From positions 14,756,001-14,820,000 of the forward strand of contig OX597827.1 of assembly GCA_951406725.2 (NCBI GenBank): a DNA stretch of 64,000 bases, given 5' to 3'. The first letter of the stretch is position 1; each line of letters begins with the position of its first letter. Position numbers and translations under genes: made by a program. The notes under the pieces were generated by a model. It had not been told where the DNA came from, ran no database searches, and was given only the letters and a program-made list of their open reading frames with translations. The stretch is from Octopus vulgaris. Taxonomy: Eukaryota. Below are positions 43,797-55,449 of the stretch, piece by piece.

Positions 43797-44101
43797 TTTT
43801 TTTGTTTGTTTCTTCTCGAGCCATGCCTGGCTCATAAGGGCCGGTTTCCTGGTTTCTTGGCATATAGGTTCCCCACCTGGACGGGACGCCGGTCCATCGC
43901 AGGTGAGCTGCAAGATGCAGGAGGAAAGAGTGAAAGTTGTGGCGAAAGAGTCAGCAGAAGTTTGCCGTTACCTTCTGCTGGAGCCGCGTGGAGCTTAGGT
44001 GTTTTTGCTTATAAACACACACATCGCCCGGTCTGAGATTCGAGCCTGCGATCCCTCGACTGCGAGTCCACTGCTCTAACCACTAGGCCATGTGCCTCCA
44101 C
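43797..44101 (-). mobile_element. SINE family D with 15-bp TSD
   Basis: AATTATACATAGAGT at 43782-43796 and 44102-44116. Confidence 0.92.
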
Positions 44102-47100
44102 AATTATACATAGAGTGAAGAAATAAAAAATCATAAACTTTAAGACCAATAATAATTTCACCTGATCACACACACACACAGACACACACACACACACACA
44201 TACATAGACATGTAAAATTATATGGTTATCTTATGTTCATGCCAATATTTGTCATAGTTCCATTCAATGTCTGAATATACTAAAATGTGTTTCATAAAGA
44301 CAAGAGATAAAGCTAAGATACACAACATCAGTAACAGATACAAACATTACTGTTTAGTCAAATGTTGTATTTAGATAAATTTTGGAGTTTACATAAATTT
44401 TGATGTTTAGACAAATTTTTCTGTTAAGATTAAATTGTATACAAAAGTATTTGCTAGATGCTGGGAAACTATCTCTAGTACAAAGAAACAGCTGTACGTT
44501 CATATAACACTCTGCTGCTGACCTTAAAATATTCTATTTATCAACCAATGGTGAGAACAGGCGATTCACTTTCCTACTAAGGATTCCAGTAGCATTGATT
44601 ACTTCTTGTGTTATCTTCTAACCTTTGCTTATTTTGGATATTTTCTTTCTATTCATCCAGTCAAACAAATTTTTGAAATTTAAAAAAAAAAATTACAGCA
44701 CTAAAATTTTTATTATTTTAAATACCCCAGTGCTTGTAAACGTTTTATTTTCATTTTTTTTTTTGCTTTTGTGTTTTTTTTTGCTTATTTTGAAGCAGTG
44801 GTTCTGTACAGGGTTACATAAGGGCTCCCAGCCATAGAAATCTTGCCAAAGAAGACATTGGAGTATGGACACAGTACTCCAGTTCATTAGATCCTATCAG
44901 ATTGTCCCATCTGTGCTGGCATGTAAGATGGATGTTAAAGATGATTATGATAATGATGACGATGACAATGATGATGCTGATAATGATGATCACGATCATG
45001 AAGATGATAATGATGGTGATGATGATGACAAAAAATGATTATTCTAGCTCTTATTAGTGTTAATCATTCTGATAAAACAAACAGGGAAATATTTTAGCTG
45101 CAATCAGGAAATAGTATTCCCACCAAATTTAAGAAATCAAAATAAAACAAGGCATGTAGATGACCGGAGAATGGAACAAAAAGAAAGAAAGAAAGAAAGA
45201 AACAAGAAATATTAATTATCTCCAATATTTTGAATCACGAATTAAAAAATACCAAAACAGAATTATACAGAAATTAAAACTGAAATCATGAATATTTTAA
45301 AGAATAATTAACAATATATACAATTAATTATTAGATCACAACCTGAAACTGAAAGTAGCAGCTGTTATGTCAATGAAATGTCAAAAAAACACCCAAAAAA
45401 AAGCTTTGTAGTTTCTATGTTCCCATCAGAACTTCACTATGTTCATGACCAGCGAATAAAAATTTAGCTGTCAATAACCTAGTCCACCTAACCATGGTAA
45501 GGTACCAATGAGAAGTATAAAATATAGGTGCTGGTGTGGCTGTGTGGTAAGAAGTTTGCGTCCCAACTGCATGGTTCTGGGTTCAATTCCACTGCATGAT
45601 ACCATGGGCAAGTGTCTTCTATTATAGCCTCAGGTTGACCAAAGCCTTGCGAGTGTATTTTGTTGATAGAAACTGAAGGAAGCCCATCATGTGTGTGTGT
45701 ATGTGTCTTCGTTTGTCCCCCCATCACCACTCAACAATTGATGTTGTGTTTCTGTCCCTGTGACTTAGTAGTTTGGCAAAAGAGATCAATAGAATAAGCA
45801 CCAGGCTAAGTACTTGGGGAAATTCATTTGACTAAACTTTTCTAAGGTGATGCTCCAGCATGGCTTCAGTCTGATGAGTGAAACAACTAAAAAGAAAAAA
45901 AAAATTCACCCCAGGTCCCGTATACAAAATAGTTTTAAGCTTTAAGTAGTCCTTTCTCTAATAGGCACAAAGCCTAAAATTTTGGGGGAGGGAATTAGTC
46001 GATTGCATCGACCCCAGTGCTTAACTGGTATTTATTTTATGAGCCCTGAAAGGATAAAAGGCAAAGTCAGCCTCAACAGAATTTGAACTCATAACGTAAA
46101 GACTGAAAATGCCTCTTAGTATTTTGTCCAGCGTGTTAATGATTCTGCCAGCTCACTGCTTTAATGGCTTTAAATATTGCTTTCAAATTTTGGCACGAGG
46201 TTAGAAATTTGAGGAGAGGGGACAAGACATATCAATTTTATCAACCCCAGTGCTCAAGTGGTTCTTATTTTATTGCCCTCAAAAGTATGAAAGGCAAAGT
46301 CAACCGCAGTAGAATTTGAACTCAGAATGTTAAGATGGACGAAATACTTATTTCTTTACTACCCACAAGGGGCTAAACACAGAGAGGACAAACAAGGACA
46401 GACAAATGGATTAAGTTGATTATATCGACCCCAGTGTGTAACTGGTACTTATTTAATCGACCCCGAAAGGATGAAAGGCAAAGTCGACCTTGGCGGAATT
46501 TGAACTCAGGACATAACGGCAGACGAAATACAGATACGCATTTCGCCCGGCGTGCTAACGATTTGGCCAGCTCACCGCCTTAAGATGGACAAAATACTGC
46601 TAACCATTTTGCTCAGCATATAAACCATTCTGATTGGCTTTAAAAATTACATGCTTTAATTTTTCCTGACTATGCATGGCAGAAATTGGGAAACTTCTAA
46701 TTTGCTCATTTGTCTTTTATGCCATCAAATATGGTAAGTAGATCATTTAACAGTGTATACCATTTTATATATATTTGTCAATGCTTTTACATATATATTC
46801 TAGATCTAATCAGATCTAATAAATTTAAATTCATAAGGCAGATGTAATATATCTAAAAACAAAAATAAGCTGGAAATAGTTTTTCTATAAAGTGTTTTAA
46901 TAGCCAACATCAAAAGTTCAAAAGCCAGCCTTGGTGGAATTTGAACTCAGAATGTAAAGACAGATGAAATGTTGTTAAGCCCAACATGATAATGATTCTG
47001 CCAGCTTGCCACCTTAAAGTGTTTTGATAGTGCTTGTGGTACATACATAAAGTATATAAATCAGTGGACTTAAACATACAGTTCTATAATGATTTAAGGT

Positions 47101-47729
47101 CAACTTTGAATATAAGCATTCAAGAGATTTGCAGAAATAACCAACTGAATAAGGGGAAGACAACTCGGATGTACAAGATATTGTCATTGAGGTAATGAGA
47201 GAATCATTCCAGCTGTACTTCTTTCTGGCACCTAAACTATGAAGTACGAATAAAAGAAAATTGTGTACTTCAGAAATTTGTGCTGCAGCCTCATAGTTTT
47301 TTAGTTCAATCCTACTGCATGGTACCTTGAGTGAAATTAAAGCCTGATGAGAAAATTTTGGAGACAGAAACTGTGTAGAAGCCCATCAAGCACACACACA
47401 CACACACAGAGGCAAAACACAAGCATATATGTATGTGTGTATATGCTTATGTTTGTTTCTCATCGCTTAGCAACCAATGTAAGTTTGTAGCAGTTCAGCA
47501 AAGGAAAATAACCAATAAAGTAAATACCTGACTTAAAATAAGTACCAAGGTCAATTCGATTGACTAAAAAAGAAACTCTTTACCAGTGTTTCTCAACCTA
47601 TTTACCCTTGCATGACACTTGAAATAAATTGCATGTCTCGAGGAACCCTTGCATAAAAAGAATTATGTACCATATCTTTCTCGTATTCTTTTCATCACAA
47701 TTCATGTAGTAAATATCATATATATATAT

Positions 47730-48123
47730 AGTTGAAATTTACAGAAAAACAAAAGACATAGACAGGTGTATAAACAGCAAACAGGTGTATTAGTTTGATG
47801 CTTGAGAGAGAAAGTCTTTTACATTTCGAGCCTATGCTCTTCAACAGAAAAGAACATGAGGAAATAGAGTGAGAATAAAAGACTTGTGGATTTAGCGATC
47901 AATCATGGTGACTGATCGATATATATATATATCAATGATATGATAGATCGTCAGCCAGTACACACACTTTGTTTTTCTCTCCTTGTTTTTTCTGTGTCCC
48001 TCTCTGTAGAAGAGCAGAGGCTTGAAACATAAAAGACTTTTTATATTCCTGAGCGTTATACTAATACATCTGTTTGTTTTGTACACCACCTGTCTTCATC
48101 TTTTGTTTTTTTCGTAAACTCTC

Positions 48124-48125
<2 letters not shown>
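47730..48125. mobile_element. Inverted pair of diverged Penelope-like terminal repeats in TA tracts
   Basis: 47730-47910 (-) and 47945-48125 (+) are homologous. Each has a hammerhead-like motif CTGTWGAAGAGC-N4-GCTYGAAA-N2-TAAAAG. Confidence 0.7.
47816..47852 (-). ncRNA. Minimal type I hammerhead-like motif with variant core
   Basis: CUUUU-CUGUUGA-A-GAGC-AUAG-GCUC-GAAA-UG-UA-AAAG: stems I and II pair; position 6 is U instead of A. Confidence 0.55.
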
Positions 48126-48158
<33 letters not shown>

Positions 48159-49294
48159 AGATATGGTTGTTATATTTTTTTAATAACATAATAGGTTAGA
48201 GAAGATGATGTCTATATTACAATATTACAAGAACCAATATGTTGTGCATGTATAGTAATATTCCAATCATGAAATTAGCTTTAGGTTATCTCACTCTTTC
48301 TTGCGGAACCCCTAGAAGCCTTTTACTGAACCCTAGGTTTCCAGGGAACCCCAGTTGAGAAACGCTGCTCTTTGCAATAGTGACCCAGCATGGCCAGTGG
48401 GCAGTGACTGAAACAAGTAAAAGAATAAAACAATAAATGCTGAATATGTGAAAGAAATCCTGTAAGTTCTTCTAGGAAAATGTCTAAATATGGTCTGAAC
48501 AAAGTCAAATAATGGAGCATAAAGGAAAACTTACTCTGTATTAGACCAAATGGAACGATATATGAGGTATAGTAGTGTGGGCTTTTTAATATACTTCGTT
48601 TTGTGAAGGTGCATGGCATAGTAGTTAGGTATTTCAGCTCACAGTTGTAAGGTCATGAGTTCAATTAACAGTAGTGTGTTGTGTTCTTGAGCAAGACACT
48701 TTTTTTTATCACACTGCTCCAGTCCACTCAGCTAGCAAAATTCAAGGGCCAGAATTCAAGGGCTGGGATTCAAAGGACCAGCTCTGTCACATTCTGTGTC
48801 ATGCTGAACTTCCCTGAGAATTATGTTAAGACTAAGGGTGTGCACGTCTGTTGGACTGCTCAGTCACTTGAACATTAATTTCATGAGCAGGAACCCTCGT
48901 CATCGTAACTGTGAGAGTGCTTTATTTTTAATGTATCTCATTTTGTATGAGCTTATAGAATAAGTAAAAGAGTATATTTCATGTATAGGTACATGAAAGG
49001 GTTATTTTGTAATCATTTGATATTGGTGCAGTCCCATGATAGGGTAAACCAGGTAAGTGTCTTTTACTATAGCAGTAACCTCAAACCAATCAATGCTTTG
49101 TGAGGGAATTTGGTCAACAGAAACTGTGTAAAAATCAACTATGTGTACATATGTATATATTTATGTATGTGTATATATATGTATATATATATGTTTATAT
49201 ATATATGTGTGTGTGTATATATATATATATATATTTGTATGTATGTAGGTCTGTATGCAACATGGCTGTATCCTAGACCAGTTTCACATAACCA

Positions 49295-49743
49295 GTCCCA
49301 GCCCATTCAAAAGTACTTTAGGTCATAGGGTGACCTGCTGTGCTTGAGGAGACCTATTGAGTCAAGTACATCAACATCAAAATGAAAATCAAATGGAAAT
49401 TGTAGTTGTGATACCCATGCTGGTGGCTTGTAAAAAACACCATCCGAACGTGGTTGACGCCAGCTTCCATGCTGGCTTCCATGCTGGCTTCTATGCTGGT
49501 GGCATATAAAAAGTACCAGCCAGTCGTGGCCACTGCCAGCCTCCTCTGCCCTTTGTACCGGTGGCACGTAAAAAGCACCCACTACACTCATGAAGTGGTT
49601 GGCCCTAGGAAGGGCATCCAGCAGTAGAAACACTGCCAGATCAGACTGGAGCTTGGTGCAGCCTCCTGGCTTCCCAGACCCCAGTTGAACCGTCCAACCT
49701 ATGCTAGTATGGAAAACGGACATTAAACGATGATGATGCTGAT
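49295..49743 (+). mobile_element. RTE 3' UTR element
   Basis: Shared tail ending in (GAT)n. Confidence 0.82.
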
Positions 49744-51198
49744 AGAGATGAAATAAGGAAAATATATCTATTCATATATTTATATGTTTGCGGTATGTGA
49801 GTCTTCATGTTTGCATTTGTCTCTCCCCACTTGGCAACCAATGTTGGTTTGTTTCCATCCCCATAACTTGGTGGTTTAGAAAAAAGAAGATAATTAGAAA
49901 AAGTTGTGAATTAAGATATAGATATTAGGATCAGTTTGATCAAAAAATTGAAGGATTACCTCAACATGGCTGATACAAATAGAAGACTAAAAGTAAATCT
50001 ATGAATTTCAAAATATAGGAAGAAGATAAGAGAAGCTTTTGGATATAGAATTCCCTTTGTCCTTATTCTAAGCAAATGGCAAATTTTATAGATAGATTAT
50101 GACACTAATTGGTAAATTTCAAAGTATTACAATTAGAAATGTTTCTTAATAAGGTTCTTGGTGCTGTTGTTCATTTTGCATTTTTATCTGTATGTGTGTA
50201 TATATATATATATAAACAATTGCAGCGTGGAAGGTGTTTATAAGCCATTTAAGAAACACACAAAAACCGTTAGATTCACTTCAACATTTAAATTTAATTT
50301 GTCAAAATATTTTTGGCGCTTTGAGACCATGACCTGTTCACTGACAAAATTCCATGATGCATTTCAGTGAACAGGTTGCGCATATAATTGTATATATATT
50401 TATTTATATATTTATATATTCCCAGCCACATGGTTCCATGTTCAGTCCCATTGTGCAGCACCTTGGACAAGTGCCTTCTACTATAGCCTCGGACCGACCA
50501 AAGCCTTGTGAGTGGATTTGGTAGACGGAAACTGAAAGAAGCCCGTCATATACATATATATATCTATATATGTATATATTTGTGTGTGTGTATCTGTGTT
50601 TGTCCCCTATGCCCTCACTTGACAACTGATGCTGGCGTAGTTATGTTCCTGTAACTTAGCAGTTCGGCAAAAGAGGCCGATAGAATAAGTACAAAGAATA
50701 AGTCCTGGGATTGGTTTCTTCGACTAACACCCTTTAAGGTAGTGCTCCAGCATGACCGCAGTCAAATGACTGAAACAAGTAAAAGGATAAAAAATAAAAG
50801 AATGTGTGTGTGTGTTTGTGTGTGTGAATGTGTGTGTGTGTGTATATAAATGTGTCTTTGTGTGTGTATCTTTGTGTTTGAGTTCCTGCCTTCCACCACT
50901 TGACAACTGGAGTTGTTTTGTCTAGACACATGTAACTTATCAATTTAGCAAATAAGACCGATAGGATAAATACTGGACTTAAAAGAAAGCAAGTACTGTC
51001 CCAAGAACAGGGACAGTCCATCTCAATGGACTTCTAGACAGTTTCCATCAACTTATATCTTACACATAGAGAAATTGAACATGAAACCTCCAGTTTCAAA
51101 ATCAACTTTCTAACTACATGACAATGTCTGTTCCCAGTTATCAACATCTCTGTTTGTTGATATACATTGAATATAAGGAATTTCATAGAATGCTTTAC

Positions 51199-51348
51199 CT
51201 TTTTAGCTGTTGGTATCTTCACTGTAGTGGTTGATGCTTTCCATTCATTTGGTGGCTCAACAACAAAGTAAAAGAGACTGGCTGACTTCCTTAGGTGTGA
51301 GTACCTCTTCTCAGCAGGATTTCTTATGAAGGCAAAAGGGTTGTTTGT
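51199..51348 (-). CDS. Internal coding exon (150 nt, phase 0-0) of an unidentified gene: TNNPFAFIRNPAEKRYSHLRKSASLFYFVVEPPNEWKASTTTVKIPTAKK
   Basis: TTTTATTTTTAG| acceptor, AAG|GTAAAG donor, open frame, length divisible by 3, peptide similarity to the exon at 53302-53409. Confidence 0.75.
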
Positions 51349-51423
51349 CTAAAAATAAAACCAGATTCTCGCTTTGTGTTCAATGCAATTTATAAAATAA
51401 CAATAACAACAACAAAAAAATAA

Positions 51424-51499
<76 letters not shown>

Positions 51500-52239
51500 T
51501 GCATTCTAGGGTGAGGCCTCAGCTCAGGAATGTGGAGTTAGCTCCTAGTTACCACTTCTCCCAGATCTACTCATTCCTGTGGTGGTGTTATGGGTCAAAT
51601 AACAGAAGATGATCCTGTGAGTAAGGCAATACATGACTCAAAAAAAGAATGGCCCCTATGCATGTGTCTATACACAGGCCCATCTGTATGTGGAAATGCC
51701 TTGATTCCATGTGAACCAGTTCCCCTGCCTATGGATTAGATAGGCCCTGTGTGCCAAGGGTAAACTTGAGAGAACAAGAGACAAAAGGTGTAAACTGTAA
51801 ATAAGCCAGCAGAAGTCTACCACTCCTGGAATCTTTCTCAACAGAACTCACAAATCTTCAGATTTTAGGCTCTTGATTGTTGATGTCTGTCAGGATGGCA
51901 CATGAGAAAAGAAATAATTAAAAACGTCTACTTTATTTTTTCATAATTAAAAACTAAATTTGAATTTTTTCATTGCTGAGTGAGAAATTTTATAAATGAT
52001 GAATTTTTTGAGTTTTGCAGGAATGCTTCAACCAGCTATTTACAGACAGAACAGGGCATCTACATGATTACCTAGCCTGCTAGGAATAGCAGTCAAACCC
52101 TCCTCAAATTATGATTCATGTGGCCAACGAAGAATAACTGGGAGTTAAACTTACAGTTGTGTACAATGTGTGTGTGTGTTTGTATGTATATGTATATATG
52201 TGTGTGTGCATATGTATATGTGTATATGTATATATATGG

Positions 52240-53215
52240 AAGGGAAAATTATAAGGCAGAATGCTAAATTGAAAGTAAATTTTGATAAAAATGGGTGTAT
52301 GAAAAATTAAGAAAGAAAAAATAATAAATCAAACTGGTTTTCATTGCAAGGCAAATTTTCAAGATTTGGAAGGGGAAATTTTTTTTTTTAAACTGAGGAA
52401 GGAGAAAAATAAATTTACATTTACATGCATCCTAATCCTCCAAAGAAGTTTTTCGAAGGACTATTATTGAACTCTAAAAGCATAAAGACTCTACAATGTA
52501 TTGGTATACTTATTTATTAATTTTTGTAAATAGGCACAGGAGTGGCTGTGTGGTAAGTAGCTTGCTTACCAACCACATGGTTTCGGGTTCAGTCCCACTA
52601 CATGGCATCTTGGGCAAATGTCTTCTGCTATAGCCTCCAGACGACCAATGCCTTCTGAGTGGATTTGGTAGACGGAAACTGAAAGAAGCCTGCTGTATAT
52701 ATGTATATATATATATATATATATGTATGTGTGCGTATATGTTTGTGTGTCTGTGTTTGTCCCCCTAGCATTGTTTGACAACCGATGCTGGTGTGTTTAC
52801 GTCCCTGTCACCTAGCGGTTCGGCAAAAGAGACCGATAGAATAAGCACTGGGCTTACAAAAGAATAAGTCCCGGGGTCGAGTTGCTAGACTAAAAGGCGA
52901 TGCTCCAGCATGGCTGCAGTCAAATGACTGAAACAAGTAAAAGAGAGTAAAAGAGTATGTATTATTATTTTTTTGAAAAAACATTGTAAATTTCTTTTTC
53001 CCCTTAATTTAAAAAAAAAAAATTTTTCCCCCCCCTTCAAATCTTGAAAATTTGCCTTGCCATGAACCGGTTTGATTTATTATTTTTTCTTTCTTAATTT
53101 TTCATACACCCATTTTTATAAAAATTTACTTTCAATTTAGCATTCTGCCTTATAATTTTTCCTTTCCTATCATTTCTCCACGTGCGGTTAACACAACCCC
53201 ACTATTTACTGATTT
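52240..53215. repeat. (TA)n-flanked ~175-bp inverted repeat with a family A SINE (52533-52957) in the spacer
   Basis: 52240-52420 is the reverse complement of about 52985-53165, followed by a ~50-bp unpaired trailer. Confidence 0.88.
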
Positions 53216-53301
53216 GTATATATATGTATACACATATGCATATATGGATGTTTAGATATATGCATATGTGCATGTATATGTGTATGCCTGCAATTTTTTA
53301 C

Positions 53302-53409
53302 CTGTTGCATTGGTAGACTTCTTGATGTACTTGAAGCAATCCATTTATTTTGTGGTTCAAGTACAAAGTAGAATTGACTTGTTGATTCGGTCAATTGAGA
53401 ATCATTGGT
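53302..53409 (-). CDS. Internal coding exon (108 nt, phase 0-0): TNDSQLTESTSQFYFVLEPQNKWIASSTSRSLPMQQ
   Basis: Long polypyrimidine tract plus CCAG| acceptor, CAG|GTAAAA donor, open frame, motif shared with 51199-51348. Confidence 0.78.
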
Positions 53410-53541
53410 CTGGAAAAAAAAATAAGAAGAAAAAACAAATATGATGAGAAGGTTAAGAAACCACTTCTAAAAGAGAGCAATGTCAAATACATTTCATTGT
53501 ACAAATCATCATAAAACATATATATACAAAATTATTGTATA

Positions 53542-53892
53542 CTAGCACTATATATATAGTGCTAGTGCATGCATATACAGCTGCGTTCGTGCGCATATGC
53601 ACGTGAGTACTGTCCAAATCTCTGACCAATCACATACAGTTAGCTGGCATTCAATTGGCGTATCAAGTTTCGGGCATTTTGATTGGGTTTTGGATAGAAA
53701 ATTCACAAAAAAAGTCACTTCTATTGACTTTTTAATGACTTTGCGGGGTGACTGGGGAAATGTAAAGATGTGCACGACCACCCTTGGATGGTTTTAAATG
53801 ACCATAAGAAAGTGTGAGCCCTCTGACTGAAAAATTGTGGATTTGTATAAAGGACACACACACAGACATTTTGCCGTTTATATATATAGAGA
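53542..53892 (-). mobile_element. Non-autonomous Helitron-like element
   Basis: A|TCTCTATATATATAAACGGC 5' end and CTAG|T 3' end. The terminal region is the palindrome CTAGCACTATATATATAGTGCTAG. Confidence 0.68.
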
Positions 53893-54066
53893 TATGTTTT
53901 GATTAGAATAGGTCCCTATTTCCTTATGTTGTAAGAAGTTACTAAAAGATTGAATATTCTCATCCAACTTCAACCAGTTTATAACTTATTTTATTATTCT
54001 TTTACATGTTTCATTCATTAGACTGTGGCCATGCTGGGGCACCACCTTGTTAAAAAAAAGAAATGT

Positions 54067-54179
54067 TGCCCTGGGAGAGGCTTGAACTCGCAACCTCCAC
54101 ATTTCTTTAAACTTGAGAATTAACACGAGGAAGGTACTGTCTATAAGTATGGTGCACTAACCAATTGTGCCACCAGTGG
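54067..54179 (-). tRNA. Intron-containing tRNA-Ile(TAT), probably a pseudogene
   Basis: D arm GCAC/GTGC, anticodon arm CCATA-CT-TAT-A-[39-nt intron 54103-54141]-A-TGTGG, T arm GCGAG-TTCAAGC-CTCTC, 3' end CCAGGGCA, downstream T-run. Two acceptor-stem mismatches and one T-stem mismatch. Confidence 0.82.
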
Positions 54180-54251
54180 ATATAAAATGTTGATGATCAG
54201 GATCATCATCAAAATCATTGCCATCATCATTTAATACCTATTCTCCATACT

Positions 54252-54560
54252 GTGGAGGCACATGGCCTAGTAGTTAGAGCAGCAGACTCGCGGTCGAGGG
54301 ATCACGGGTTCGAATCTCAGGCCGGACAATGTGTGTGTTTATAAGCGAAAACACCTAAGCTCCACGTGGCTCTGGCAGAAGGTAATGGCAAAACTTCTGC
54401 TGACTCTTTTGCCACAACTTTCTCTCACTCTTTCCTCCTGCATCTTGCAGCCCACCTGCGATGGACCGGCGTCCCGTCCAGGTGGGGAACCTATATGCCA
54501 AGAAACCGGGAAACTGACCCTTATGAACCAGGCATGGCTCGAGAAGAAAATAAACAAAAT
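54252..54560 (+). mobile_element. SINE family D
   Basis: Full copy flanked by ATTCTCCATRCTG. Another copy at 56163-56450 is flanked by CAAAAGACACTT. Confidence 0.9.
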
Positions 54561-54789
54561 TCTCCATGCTGGCATCGGTTAGATAGCTTGACAGGAACTG
54601 GCAAGGCCAGAGGCCTCACCAAGTTCCAAAGTCTGTTTTGGCTTGATTTCTACAACTGATACCCTTCTCAATGCCAACCACTTTACAGAGTGTACTGGGT
54701 GCTTTTTATGTGGCACCATCAGCCATGCTTTTTGCATGGAACCAGCACCAATGCTTTTTATGTGCACCAACACCAGTGCAAACTCATTA

Positions 54790-55055
54790 AAAAAAATAAA
54801 ATATAAATGCGCCCTTTTAAAGCCTAGCCAGGCTCATGGGCCCAGTTTCCCGGTTTCAATGGCATATGTGTTCTCCAGCTGGATGGGACGCCAGTCCATT
54901 GCAGCATTACTCATTTTTGCCAGCTCAGTGGACTGGAACAACGTGAAATGAAGTGTTTTGCTCAAGAACACAACGCGTCGCCCAGTCCAGGAATCGAAAC
55001 TAAAATCTTACGATCATGATGCTGACACCCTAACCACTAAGCCACACGCCTCCAT
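54790..55055 (-). mobile_element. tRNA-derived SINE with GTGTTCTTGAGCAARACAC (V-domain-like) core
   Basis: Direct repeat TGCAAACTCA on both sides. Older relatives at 6090-6305, 6822-7000 and 15890-16028. Confidence 0.82.
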
Positions 55056-55216
55056 GCAAACTCACTTATGAAATCATTTGAATATCTTATTTATTAATTG
55101 GCTAGTTCCTTATTAGATCAAATGTATGTTCAGCCTCTAGGTTTTTACTTGCTAGAAAATACAACCAAATCTCCCTCGAATTAAATCCTATCATAATAAA
55201 AATATATATATTTTGG

Positions 55217-55217
<1 letters not shown>

Positions 55218-55249
<32 letters not shown>

Positions 55250-55368
55250 TTCTTCTTCTTCTTCTTCTTCTTCTTCTTCTTCTTCTTCTTCTTCTTCTTC
55301 TTCTTCTTCTTCTTCTTCTTCTTCTTCTTCTTCTTCTTCTTCCTCTTCCCTCTTCTTCTTCTTCTTCT
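55218..55368. repeat. (CAT)n followed by (CTT)n microsatellite
   Basis: Direct inspection. It explains the poly-K/M ORF. Confidence 0.95.
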
Positions 55369-55403
55369 TAGGAATGAGAACCTAGGTTCGAAATTTCCCC
55401 CAA

Positions 55404-55449
55404 GACACCTGATGAAGGCTGGAGGGTATATCTGTCGAAATGTTGTGTT
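55404..55449 (+). ncRNA. Minimal type I hammerhead motif (Penelope-type, decayed) within a short element at 55370-55497
   Basis: GACAC-CUGAUGA-A-GGCUG-loop-CUGUC-GAAA-UG-UU-GUGUU: canonical core, stem I GACAC/GUGUU, stem II with one mismatch, near-palindromic stem III. Confidence 0.65.

Larger units (their letters stand above)
47584..48367. mobile_element. hAT (Charlie-like) non-autonomous element
   Basis: TIR CAGTGTTTCTCAAC / GTTGAGAAACGCTG, 8-bp TSD CTCTTTAC / CTCTTTGC. Interrupts a family A SINE tail. Confidence 0.85.

Noticed and set aside
51852-51886. Possible 35-nt minus-strand exon (CAG|ACATCA...TT|GTGAGT) between the two motif exons
   Set aside because: It would shift the frame and introduce a stop in the next exon. 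It could only be a poison or terminal exon, which cannot be supported without RNA data.
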